Assembly: GCF_000020385.1 (NCBI RefSeq)
Contig: NC_010814.1
Coordinates: 3,810,001 to 3,842,000, forward strand
Reading direction: 5' to 3'
DNA length: 32,000 nucleotides
DNA from: Trichlorobacter lovleyi SZ
GTDB lineage: Bacteria > Desulfobacterota > Desulfuromonadia > Geobacterales > Pseudopelobacteraceae
Shown piece after piece: positions 16,846-24,413 of this stretch (positions are counted from its first letter, which is position 1; the number at the start of each line of letters is the position of its first letter). The notes under the pieces were generated by a model, which worked only from the letters and a program-made list of their open reading frames with translations, did no database searches and was not told the DNA's origin. Position numbers and translations under genes: made by a program.

Positions 16846-17823
16846 TTATGCTGACGCAGCGAGCTGTTTTTTCAGGTTATACACCACCCCGGCATTGGCC
16901 AGGGCAATGGTTGCATAACGGGACAGCATGGTAAGGAATTCCAGGTGGTCGTTGTGGAACGGTTCTCCCCTGACACCGCCTGAAATGGTCAACACTCCGG
17001 CAATACGATCCTGCACCACCAACGGAACTGAAAGGATGCTGGGAGCAGCCAACATAACACCGTCAGGATCTTCCTCCCTGATATCATCAACAAAACCTTC
17101 GTCAGTAATATCGCAGATAATCAATGGTTTGCCGTCTACGGCAACCTTGCCGGAGATGCCCTTACCCAGAGGCAGACTGTACTGCTGGGAGTAAAGCGGG
17201 TCCAGACCGGTAGCCACCTTTGCCTGCAATGTCGTACCTGATTTGTCCAGCAGCAGTATGTAGCCGCGACGCGCCTGCAGATGCTCAGTAACAAGCTCCA
17301 CCAGTTTTTTCATGATATCAGGGACACTGAAGGTTGACATAAGCGCCGCACTGATCCGGTTGGCTGATTTCATCATTTCCAGCGTTTCCTGCAGAGCACT
17401 GTTTTTTCTGGTCAGTTCACTCAACAGGTGCGCCTTCTTGCGTAACAGCTCCTGTTTTTCCAAAGCCTTTTCAATTACATTGTACAGCACGCTCTCGTCA
17501 TCCAGCGGCATGACGATATAGTCATAGGCGCCGAGACGGAGCGCCTTGATGATATTGAAACCGGAGTCGTTGGAGCTGAGGATGATGACGTCAATCTCCG
17601 GCTTGTGGCGCCTGAAGACCTTCATCATATTGAAACAACTCATGCCGGAAAGCATCAGACCGGTCAGAACCAGATCAAAATCCTGTGCGCTGAAAAGCGG
17701 AATCGCCTCTTCAGCCGATGCGGTAACAGACACCAGGTAGCCCTGGGCCTCAAGGATCTCAACCAGAATACTGCTGTTTGCCCGTGAATCGTCTACAACC
17801 AGAATATTTGCCGGCCGCGCCAT
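16846..17823 (-). CDS. Receiver-like (pseudo-receiver) + GAF domain protein
   Basis: The CheY-like fold reads ILVVDDSRANSSILVEILEAQGY...VIILSS.... By hand alignment, Gly55 (FDLVLTGLMLSGMS) occupies the expected phospho-acceptor Asp position and Met105 (YDYIVMPLD) the conserved Lys position. The C-terminal ~160 aa look GAF-like (RRGYILLLDKSGTTLQAKVATGL...GKGISGKVAVDGKPLII). The stop lies 25 nt upstream of the cobD::cobQ start. Confidence 0.8.
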   Translation of the reverse strand: MARPANILVVDDSRANSSILVEILEAQGYLVSVTASAEEAIPLFSAQDFDLVLTGLMLSGMSCFNMMKVFRRHKPEIDVIILSSNDSGFNIIKALRLGAYDYIVMPLDDESVLYNVIEKALEKQELLRKKAHLLSELTRKNSALQETLEMMKSANRISAALMSTFSVPDIMKKLVELVTEHLQARRGYILLLDKSGTTLQAKVATGLDPLYSQQYSLPLGKGISGKVAVDGKPLIICDITDEGFVDDIREEDPDGVMLAAPSILSVPLVVQDRIAGVLTISGGVRGEPFHNDHLEFLTMLSRYATIALANAGVVYNLKKQLAASA

Positions 17824-17944
17824 GATTCTGCCCCCTCTGTTGCGTAGGTAACCCGAGCGATACTACGGCATGGATTGGCAAAAGACAACCGTATCCTCAC
17901 CATAAATTCTTGACAGATGAACTGTTTCTTGGCATCTGTTACAG

Positions 17945-18401
17945 ACATTTCAACACCGAATGGAAGCGAGGAAGAGGGGTGCAAGGCCCCCGCTGCCCCG
18001 CAGCCGTAAAGGGAACGAAAGCCCAACCTGTATTCACGCCGGTTTCAGTTCAAGGATGATGGCAAGACGGCAAGGAAGAGGCGACGAAGGCGTACTAGAT
18101 AAGTACGTTGAGGAAGCCGACGACGAGCCAACGCAGCCAGCGCCTTGAAATGGAAGCGGAGGGTACAGCCACTGGGAAACTGGGAAGGCGGACTAGTAGG
18201 GTGCCCATACCGGGACATAAAAACGTCGAGAGGAAGGCTGGATACCAGGCGTAGGTCGCACAACGACCGAGACATACCAGACCAGGTAGCCGAGGAAGTG
18301 AGCACCGCGCAACGCAGTAGACAGCTTCCGCAACAGTTTTTGATGACCCGGTTAAGCCGGAAGACCGCTCCATCTGAATAACCCGAGGGAGGTAGCAGGA
18401 G
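17945..18401 (+). promoter_or_regulatory. Cobalamin (B12) riboswitch in the btuB leader; boundaries approximate and unusually long
   Basis: Three conserved blocks appear in the correct order on the + strand. First, gaggaagaGGGGTGcaaGGCCCCcGCTGCCCCGCAGCCGTAAaggg (17968-18013). Second, GCCACTGGGaaacTGGGAAGGC (18168-18189). Third, the B12 box AAGCCgGAAGACCGC (18354-18368; compare E. coli btuB AAGCCCGAAGACCUGCC, from memory). The SD GGGAGG lies at 18387-18392, 9 nt before the btuB ATG. Not confirmed by a covariance model. Confidence 0.7.
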
Positions 18402-20306
18402 ATGAAACGGAGTAGACAGAAGTATGCAGTAGCATTGGGGCTGATCCTGGCAGTCTGTGGCTCAGCAATGGCAGAGGAAAAAACCACCCAACTGGGCGAG
18501 GTGGTGGTGACCGCCACCCGTGACGAGGTGCCGATTGAGCAGGTGGGCAGCTCCATCACCGTGGTCACGGCCAAGGAGATCGAGCAACAGCAGAAACGGA
18601 CCGTGGCCGACGCGCTGCGGATGGTGCCGGGACTGGACCTGGTCCGCACCGACAGCTTTGGCGGCACCACCGCCGTGTTCATGCGCGGCGCCAAATCAGA
18701 GCATACCCTGGTGCTGATTGACGGCATCCAGATCAATGACCCGTCATCAACCGGCGGCGGCTACAACTTTTCCAATCTGACCACCGACAATATCGAGCGG
18801 ATCGAGATTTTGCGCGGCCCCCAGAGCACCCTCTACGGCTCCCATGCCATTGGCGGCGTGATCAACATCATCACCAAACGGGGGGATGGCAAACTGAAAG
18901 GCTTCCTGTCTGCAGAGGGGGGCTCCTTTGCCACGGCCCGGGAAAGCGCCGGTCTCAATGGCGGCAATGACCTGCTGCAGTACTCATTAAGCGTCTCCCG
19001 GCTGGATACCGGTGGTGTTTCCGCAGCGGGTGAGCGGTATGGCAACGTTGAACGGGACGGCTACCAGAACACGGCAGTGGCCGGACGGCTGGGCATCACC
19101 CCGACCACCAATTCGGAGATAGACCTGACCCTGCGCTATGACCGTTCCCGCACCTCGGTTGACAACGGTGGTGGTGCCGGAAAGGATGACCCGAACCACG
19201 TCATGAAGTCCGACGAGCTGTTTTTCAGGACACAGGGCTGGCTCTCGCTGTTTAACGGGTTGTGGGATCAAAAGCTGGGTGTATCGTTCAGCGACATCAG
19301 CTGGCGTGATGATAATGACCGCGACAGCGCCCATCCCAACGATCTGCTGCGCAGCTCGTTCCACGGCCAGAGTGTCAAGCTGGACTGGCAGCACACCCTG
19401 AAGCTGCACAAGACCACCACTCTGGTGGTTGGCGCCGAGACCACCGAAGAAAACGGCAAGTCGGATTACTATTCCGAGAGCATGTTTGGCCCCTACACCA
19501 GCACCTGGGATGAGCGCTTTGCCCGTACCACCGGCGTCTACCTGCAGGACCAGCTCAATCTGTTCGATGCCTGGTTCTCCACACTGGGCGTTCGGGTGGA
19601 TGACCACAGCAAGTTCGGCACCGAGGCGACCTATCGCTTTACCACCGCCTATCTGATCAAGCAGACCGACACCAGACTGAAAGGCAGCTACGGCACCGGC
19701 TTCAAGGCACCTTCCCTGTACCAGCTCTACTCAAGCTACGGCTCACCGGACCTCAAGCCGGACAAGAGCATCGGCTGGGATGTTGGTGTAGAACAAGGGT
19801 TGCCGTTTATGAAGACCACCCTGGGGGCAACCTGGTTCAGAAATGAATATTCACAGATGATTGATTTTGATATGACTACCTGGAAATACACCAACGTTGC
19901 CAAGGCGCATACCCACGGGTTAGAGCTGACCGCAGCCCTGCAACCGGTGGATGACCTGACCCTGAAGGCTGCCTACACCTATCTGGAAACCAGGGACGAC
20001 ATCAGCGGCAAGCAGCTGGTACGCCGCCCCAAGAACAAGGCGAGCTTTGACATCAACTACAGCTTCCTGAAAAAGGCCAACATAAACCTTGGGGTGATCT
20101 ATGTGGGTACCCGCTATGCTGACACGGCAAACACCCAAAAGATGAAGGATTATATGCTGGTTAACCTGGCCGGTTCCTATGATCTCACCAAAAACCTGCA
20201 GCTCTTCGGGCGGGTTGATAACCTGTTTGACCGCCAGTATGAAGAGGTGGCCGGTTATGGCACCCCCGGCATTGGTGCCTATGGCGGCGTAAAGGTATCG
20301 TTTTAG
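18402..20306 (+). CDS. btuB: TonB-dependent outer-membrane receptor, probably for cobalamin/cobinamide
   Basis: Signal peptide, then a TonB box and plug (GEVVVTATRDEVPIEQVGSSITVVT...VPGLDLVRTDSFGGTTAVFMRGAKSEHTLVLIDGIQINDP). The C-terminal beta-barrel ends in GGVKVSF. B12 specificity is inferred from the upstream riboswitch and the downstream btuFCD-like genes. Confidence 0.85.
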   Translation: MKRSRQKYAVALGLILAVCGSAMAEEKTTQLGEVVVTATRDEVPIEQVGSSITVVTAKEIEQQQKRTVADALRMVPGLDLVRTDSFGGTTAVFMRGAKSEHTLVLIDGIQINDPSSTGGGYNFSNLTTDNIERIEILRGPQSTLYGSHAIGGVINIITKRGDGKLKGFLSAEGGSFATARESAGLNGGNDLLQYSLSVSRLDTGGVSAAGERYGNVERDGYQNTAVAGRLGITPTTNSEIDLTLRYDRSRTSVDNGGGAGKDDPNHVMKSDELFFRTQGWLSLFNGLWDQKLGVSFSDISWRDDNDRDSAHPNDLLRSSFHGQSVKLDWQHTLKLHKTTTLVVGAETTEENGKSDYYSESMFGPYTSTWDERFARTTGVYLQDQLNLFDAWFSTLGVRVDDHSKFGTEATYRFTTAYLIKQTDTRLKGSYGTGFKAPSLYQLYSSYGSPDLKPDKSIGWDVGVEQGLPFMKTTLGATWFRNEYSQMIDFDMTTWKYTNVAKAHTHGLELTAALQPVDDLTLKAAYTYLETRDDISGKQLVRRPKNKASFDINYSFLKKANINLGVIYVGTRYADTANTQKMKDYMLVNLAGSYDLTKNLQLFGRVDNLFDRQYEEVAGYGTPGIGAYGGVKVSF

Positions 20307-20309
20307 ACA

Positions 20310-21140
20310 ATGCGACGTATTTTTCTCTGTATATTCTGCCTGATCCTGCTTGCGGTGGCCCCCGGTTTTGCCGGGGAGCCGCCCAGGCGGATTGTCTCGC
20401 TGGCACCCAGCCTGACCGAGCTGGCCTGCGCCCTGGGGCTGGAGAAAAACCTGGTGGGGGTGACAACCTTCTGCGACCGGCCATCCTCGATCAAAGGCAA
20501 GCCCACCGTGGGGGGACCGGCCAACCCGTCGTTAGAGGCGGTGCTGAACCTGAAGCCGGATGTTGTGCTGGTGGATGAAGAGGGGATCGGCTCCAAACTG
20601 GCCAAACGGCTGCAAAAACTGGGGATCAGGACTGTCACCTTTCACGGTTCCCGCCTGGACAAACTGGCACCGGCAGTACGGCAATTGGGTACTGATCTTG
20701 GGGTACAACAACCGGCCAACCAGTTGGCAAGCCGGATTGAGCAGTCGCTGAAAGCGCTTAAAACCGCTGCACCGGTCAAGACCATGTTTGTGATCTGGCC
20801 TGACCCGCTGGTGGCTGCCGGTCCCGGTTCCATGCTGGATGATGCCATGAAGCTGTCCGGTATGACTAATATCGCCAGTGATGCCCGTTCCGGTTATCCC
20901 CGGCTTTCACTGGAGGCGGTCATCACCCGCAACCCGCAGCTGATCATTGCAGGCCAGGGTGAAAAACTGGCCGGACCGATGAAGCGGATGCTGGGTCACC
21001 TGAATTCACTGGATACTGTCAAACAAGGCCGGGTCTGCATGGTCAGCGATGCCCTCTATCGTCCCGGCCCCCGCATCCCGGAAGGAATCGCCGAGCTGCG
21101 CCATTGCCTTGAGCTGACCCGTAAAGGCCAGCGCCCGTGA
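20310..21140 (+). CDS. btuF: Periplasmic ABC substrate-binding protein (BtuF/cluster-A type, cobalamin or siderophore class)
   Basis: A signal peptide is followed by RIVSLAPSLTELACALGLEKNLVGVT and PDVVLVDEE, typical of BtuF/FhuD-like binding proteins. The start lies 4 nt after the btuB stop. Confidence 0.75.
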   Translation: MRRIFLCIFCLILLAVAPGFAGEPPRRIVSLAPSLTELACALGLEKNLVGVTTFCDRPSSIKGKPTVGGPANPSLEAVLNLKPDVVLVDEEGIGSKLAKRLQKLGIRTVTFHGSRLDKLAPAVRQLGTDLGVQQPANQLASRIEQSLKALKTAAPVKTMFVIWPDPLVAAGPGSMLDDAMKLSGMTNIASDARSGYPRLSLEAVITRNPQLIIAGQGEKLAGPMKRMLGHLNSLDTVKQGRVCMVSDALYRPGPRIPEGIAELRHCLELTRKGQRP

Positions 21141-22102
21141 AACGCCACCCCATGTTCACCATGCTGGGCTGCCTGGTGCTGGTCCTGCTGCTGTCGCTCT
21201 CCCTTGGTCAACAGACCATCAATCCCTTTCAGCTTGATCCGCTGCAGCTGAAGATCGTGCTGGACCTGCGCCTGCCCCGCATTGTGGTGGCGTTGCTGAT
21301 GGGGGGATCACTGGGGGTGGCCGGAGCGATTCTGCAAGGGGTCTTCCGTAACCCGCTGGCTGATCCCTATGTGCTGGGCACCTCCAGCGGTGCTGCCCTG
21401 GCAGCGGCCTTTGGCCTGCTGGCCACCCAGGGGACCGGCATCTGGCTGGTGCCGCTGCTGGCGCTGACCGGCGCCCTGGTAACCAGCGCCGTGGTGGTTT
21501 CGCTGGGGAGGGATGCCTGGGGGGTACGGGCAGAACGGTTACTGCTGGCCGGGGTGGGGATCGGCTTTTTCCTGTCTGCCATCCTGATGCTGGTCATGTC
21601 TCTGGCCCAGGCTGACGGGGTCAAACGGGCACTGCTCTGGATGGCCGGCGATCTGGCCGGAGCAGACTGGTCGGTGGTTCCCGTGGCCAGCCTGTTGATG
21701 TTGATCGGTTTTTTCCTGGCGCTGGCGCGGCGACGTGGCCTGAACGCCCTGGCCCTGGGGGATGAAGTTGCCTTTGGATTGGGGCTGGAACCGGGGCGGG
21801 AACGGACCTTGCTGGTGCTGGCCGCCTCCTTGCTAACCGCTGCAGCGGTTGCCCTGGGTGGTATTGTCGGCTTTGTGGGGCTGATGGTACCCCATGCCGT
21901 ACGTGCCCTGGTGGGTGCCGATGCCCGCCGGGTGCTGCCGCTGTCTGCCCTTGGGGGCGGCATGCTGCTCTGCCTGGCTGATACGGTCGGGCGTAGCGTA
22001 CTGCCGCCGGTGGAGATCCCGGCCGGGGTGGTCACTGCCCTGATCGGCGCCCCCTGGTTTCTGATCATGCTGCGCCGGGCCACCAATGGAGGTATGCGAT
22101 GA
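21137..22102 (+). CDS. btuC: FecCD-family ABC permease (BtuC-like)
   Basis: GTGA overlap with the btuF stop. FecCD hallmarks are present (LRLPRIVVALLMGGSLGVAGAILQGVFRNPLADPYVLGTSSGAAL ... IPAGVVTALIGAPWFLIML). Confidence 0.8.
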   Translation: MKRHPMFTMLGCLVLVLLLSLSLGQQTINPFQLDPLQLKIVLDLRLPRIVVALLMGGSLGVAGAILQGVFRNPLADPYVLGTSSGAALAAAFGLLATQGTGIWLVPLLALTGALVTSAVVVSLGRDAWGVRAERLLLAGVGIGFFLSAILMLVMSLAQADGVKRALLWMAGDLAGADWSVVPVASLLMLIGFFLALARRRGLNALALGDEVAFGLGLEPGRERTLLVLAASLLTAAAVALGGIVGFVGLMVPHAVRALVGADARRVLPLSALGGGMLLCLADTVGRSVLPPVEIPAGVVTALIGAPWFLIMLRRATNGGMR

Positions 22103-22827
22103 GCAGCCTCAGGTTTGATCAGGTCTGTTTCAGCTACGGCAACGCCCCCTGCGTGGTACAGTTTTCCTGCAACCTGGCCAGGGGTGAGCTGGTGGGGCTG
22201 ATCGGCGCCAACGGTTCCGGCAAATCCACCCTGCTGCGGTTGGGTGCCGGTCTGCTGACCCCCACGGTGGGGCAGGTGGAGCTGGATGGTAAACCGGTCC
22301 GTTCCTGGAAGGGTGAAGAGCGGGCTACCCGCCTGGGCTACCTGCCCCAATCCATTGAAGCGCCGTTACCGTTTCGGGTGGGTGAACTGGTGGAGATGGG
22401 CCGTGCTGCTGCCCGCAAAGATCATCTGCTTTCCTGCCAAGAGGTGCTGGCAGCGGTGGGGTTGGAAGGCCATGAACAGACCCCGTTGTCCCAGATCAGC
22501 GGTGGTGAACGACGGCGGGCCTTTATCGCCATGATCCTGGCCCAGGGGGGTAAGACCCTGCTGCTGGATGAACCGCTGGCCGGGCTTGACCTGCGTTACC
22601 AGTATGAGCTGCTGACCCTGCTGCGGTCTCTCTGCCAGACCCACAACCTGACCATCCTGCTTTCGCTGCATGACCTGATCCTGGCCCGCAACCTTGATCG
22701 CCTGCTGGTAATCCGCCAGGGGCAGTTGCTGGCCGATGGCCTGCCTACTGATATTCTCACGCAACAACTGGTACAACAGACCTTTGATCTTGACCCGCGG
22801 TTTTTGATGGCTGGTATTGTGGGGTAA
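22099..22827 (+). CDS. btuD: ABC transporter ATP-binding protein (BtuD/FepC-like)
   Basis: ATGA overlap with btuC. Walker A is GANGSGKST, the ABC signature is ISGGERRR, and Walker B is LLLDEP. Confidence 0.8.
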   Translation: MSSLRFDQVCFSYGNAPCVVQFSCNLARGELVGLIGANGSGKSTLLRLGAGLLTPTVGQVELDGKPVRSWKGEERATRLGYLPQSIEAPLPFRVGELVEMGRAAARKDHLLSCQEVLAAVGLEGHEQTPLSQISGGERRRAFIAMILAQGGKTLLLDEPLAGLDLRYQYELLTLLRSLCQTHNLTILLSLHDLILARNLDRLLVIRQGQLLADGLPTDILTQQLVQQTFDLDPRFLMAGIVG

Positions 22828-22897
22828 TGAATGCCGGGCATGAACTGACCCATACAAGGGCCAGCCAAACCGCCCTATTTCAATCATACCCCGGTAT

Positions 22898-23494
22898 TTA
22901 CAGGAAGTTATTCACAGGTACAGCTGCAAGCATGAATTCGTTCGTCATGGCTGACATACCGCTGTTCAGAAGCTGATCGGCATTCTTTGCCTTTTCATTG
23001 GCAATCCTCTGCTCTTCGTTTTTCAATAGCCGGTCAAGATCCGGAAAGGCCCTTTTCAACAATGCCTTGGTTTCGTCCGGCAGGCTGTCAAAGAGCGCCT
23101 TCAGGGAGATCTTGTCCTGATCGGAAGAACCGCTCTCATCGCCTGGATGAATGATCTTCCTGATAACGGTCTTTAACCGCTCCAACTCAGCCCGCACAGG
23201 ACCGTCAGCCATCTGATTATTGGTATCGGAATTTTTGAGAGCGCTGTAGTCGATTTTTCCAAACATCAGCATTTTCATCAAGGCAAGCAGCTCTTTTGTT
23301 GCAGCAGCCTCGTCATTCTGGTCAACCGGTATAGTGAGATCTGCTCTATCCGTTTCTGCTGTGGAGCTGGTTTGAGTATTGGTCTTGATACTTGACAAGA
23401 TAGCGTCAAAACTTGATTTGTTGCTGGATGCAGAAGAACTGTTTACCTTGTTTTCCGGCACTGCATGCAAGAATGTCCCGACTGAGCTGATCAT
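22898..23494 (-). CDS. Hypothetical protein: Ser/Thr-rich, probably disordered N-terminus and helical acidic/basic C-terminus
   Basis: The ORF is open from 23512, but AGGAGG (complement of 23500-23505) lies 5 nt upstream of ATG 23494 (MISSVGTF...), so I prefer 23494. I see no TM segment, signal peptide or recognisable family. It is visibly more AT-rich than its neighbours. Confidence 0.55.
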   Translation of the reverse strand: MISSVGTFLHAVPENKVNSSSASSNKSSFDAILSSIKTNTQTSSTAETDRADLTIPVDQNDEAAATKELLALMKMLMFGKIDYSALKNSDTNNQMADGPVRAELERLKTVIRKIIHPGDESGSSDQDKISLKALFDSLPDETKALLKRAFPDLDRLLKNEEQRIANEKAKNADQLLNSGMSAMTNEFMLAAVPVNNFL

Positions 23495-23648
23495 ATACCC
23501 CTCCTGCAGCATCGCTCTACCATGTCATGCATATCGGCTTTTGACCCGTCAGGTTTGAACCAAATCTGGATGGGGAGAGATCAAGCAGGGGTTCAACGTC
23601 ACAAGGCGCACCGGCGGAGCACAGCGAAGACCGCGTGCCGCCGCGTGG

Positions 23649-24251
23649 TTAGAGCACACCAGGAATTACATATGAAACCTTCGTTTGATTGACCACAACC
23701 ACGCCCTTCCTGGAGAGTTCCGAAATGATGCCCGCAATCTCGGACTCGGTGAGGGACTTCTGGAACATTGCATTAATGGCGCTGGCAAGAGTTTTTACTG
23801 TTCTAGGACGAGCGGCACTGCTCTTTGCAAGAATACCGATTACCACCGAAACGCGCTCGGCAGAAGACTTTGAAATTGCTGCTTTAACTAATGGAAGTTC
23901 TGTTACGCTCTTTACTCGCCTTACCGATACCTTCTTTGCTTTGAGATGCTCGACAAGAAGATCAAATCCTGTGTCTTTGGACACGATATGAAAATATGCG
24001 TCTGGTTCTTTTTCTGAAAGCTTTCCGAGGTAGTAAGCAATATGGAAGTCGAGAGCGTTCTTTCCAGAACCAGTGATCTTGATATAGGTGGCTCGGTCTC
24101 CCATACGCTGAAGGACTGAGGCGACCTCGAACGTTACCTTAGCCTGGTTTGCACCAACAAAGACAATCACGCTGAAAAGTTCCTTCTCAAGAGCATCCAT
24201 CTCTTCCGGCTGAACATTTTCATAGTCAATAAGGACGTAGTTATTCTTCAC
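23649..24251 (-). CDS. NYN/PIN-like (LabA-like) predicted ribonuclease with a C-terminal HTH/LOTUS-like module
   Basis: GTG start with AAGGAG 5 nt upstream. The N-terminus NYVLIDYENVQP...VIVFVGANQ...GSGKNALDFHIAYYLG...FHIVSKDTGFDLLVEHL fits the NYN/PIN-like pattern (acidic D-x-E-N, GK(N/D)AaD, S-D). The C-terminal ~60 aa (TVKTLASAINAMFQKSLTESEIAGIISELSRKGVV) resemble a small winged-helix/LOTUS-like unit. Family assigned from memory only. Confidence 0.6.
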   Translation of the reverse strand: MKNNYVLIDYENVQPEEMDALEKELFSVIVFVGANQAKVTFEVASVLQRMGDRATYIKITGSGKNALDFHIAYYLGKLSEKEPDAYFHIVSKDTGFDLLVEHLKAKKVSVRRVKSVTELPLVKAAISKSSAERVSVVIGILAKSSAARPRTVKTLASAINAMFQKSLTESEIAGIISELSRKGVVVVNQTKVSYVIPGVL

Positions 24252-24287
24252 TGCAACTCCTTTCTTGTAAGCTCTAACTCATTATTG

Positions 24288-24317
24288 ACCGGTTCACGCG
24301 CGTGCGCGTGAACCGGT
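24288..24317. repeat. Perfect inverted repeat (14-bp arms, 2-nt centre): ACCGGTTCACGCGC gt GCGCGTGAACCGGT
   Basis: Read directly from the sequence. It lies 37 nt upstream of the NYN-like gene start and ~97 nt downstream of the DUF4124 gene stop (both minus strand). No T-run follows on either strand, so it is not a classical intrinsic terminator. Confidence 0.9.
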
Positions 24318-24413
24318 GATCTTCCCCAAATAGGATGTTGGCCGAAATGCATCTGCTATGCCTCTTTTTATGGACGCAGCCACTTCCCGGCCTCACCAAT
24401 TACCTCTGCCACC

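Noticed and set aside
17929-17946. Sigma-54-like TGGCAT upstream of the riboswitch
   Set aside because: The GC of a -12 element is not present at the required 12-nt offset from the GG, so the spacing does not fit TGGCAC-N5-TTGC.
17824-18401. A second cobalamin riboswitch on the minus strand controlling the pseudo-receiver/cobDQ/cbiB operon
   Set aside because: The reverse complements of the diagnostic blocks (CAGTGGC, GCCTTCCC, B12-box complement) are absent. All conserved blocks read on the + strand only.
23495-23512. Upstream ATG (23512) for the Ser-rich hypothetical protein
   Set aside because: The AGGAGG that would serve ATG 23494 lies within these six codons, so the downstream start is more likely. 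This remains uncertain.
23636-23680. tRNA-like string ...gtGGTTAGAGCACacc... suggesting a tRNA fragment or att site at the islet border
   Set aside because: It overlaps the 3' end and stop of the NYN-like CDS. No acceptor, anticodon or T-arm pairing can be drawn around it, and no GGTTCGAATCC-type T-loop is nearby.
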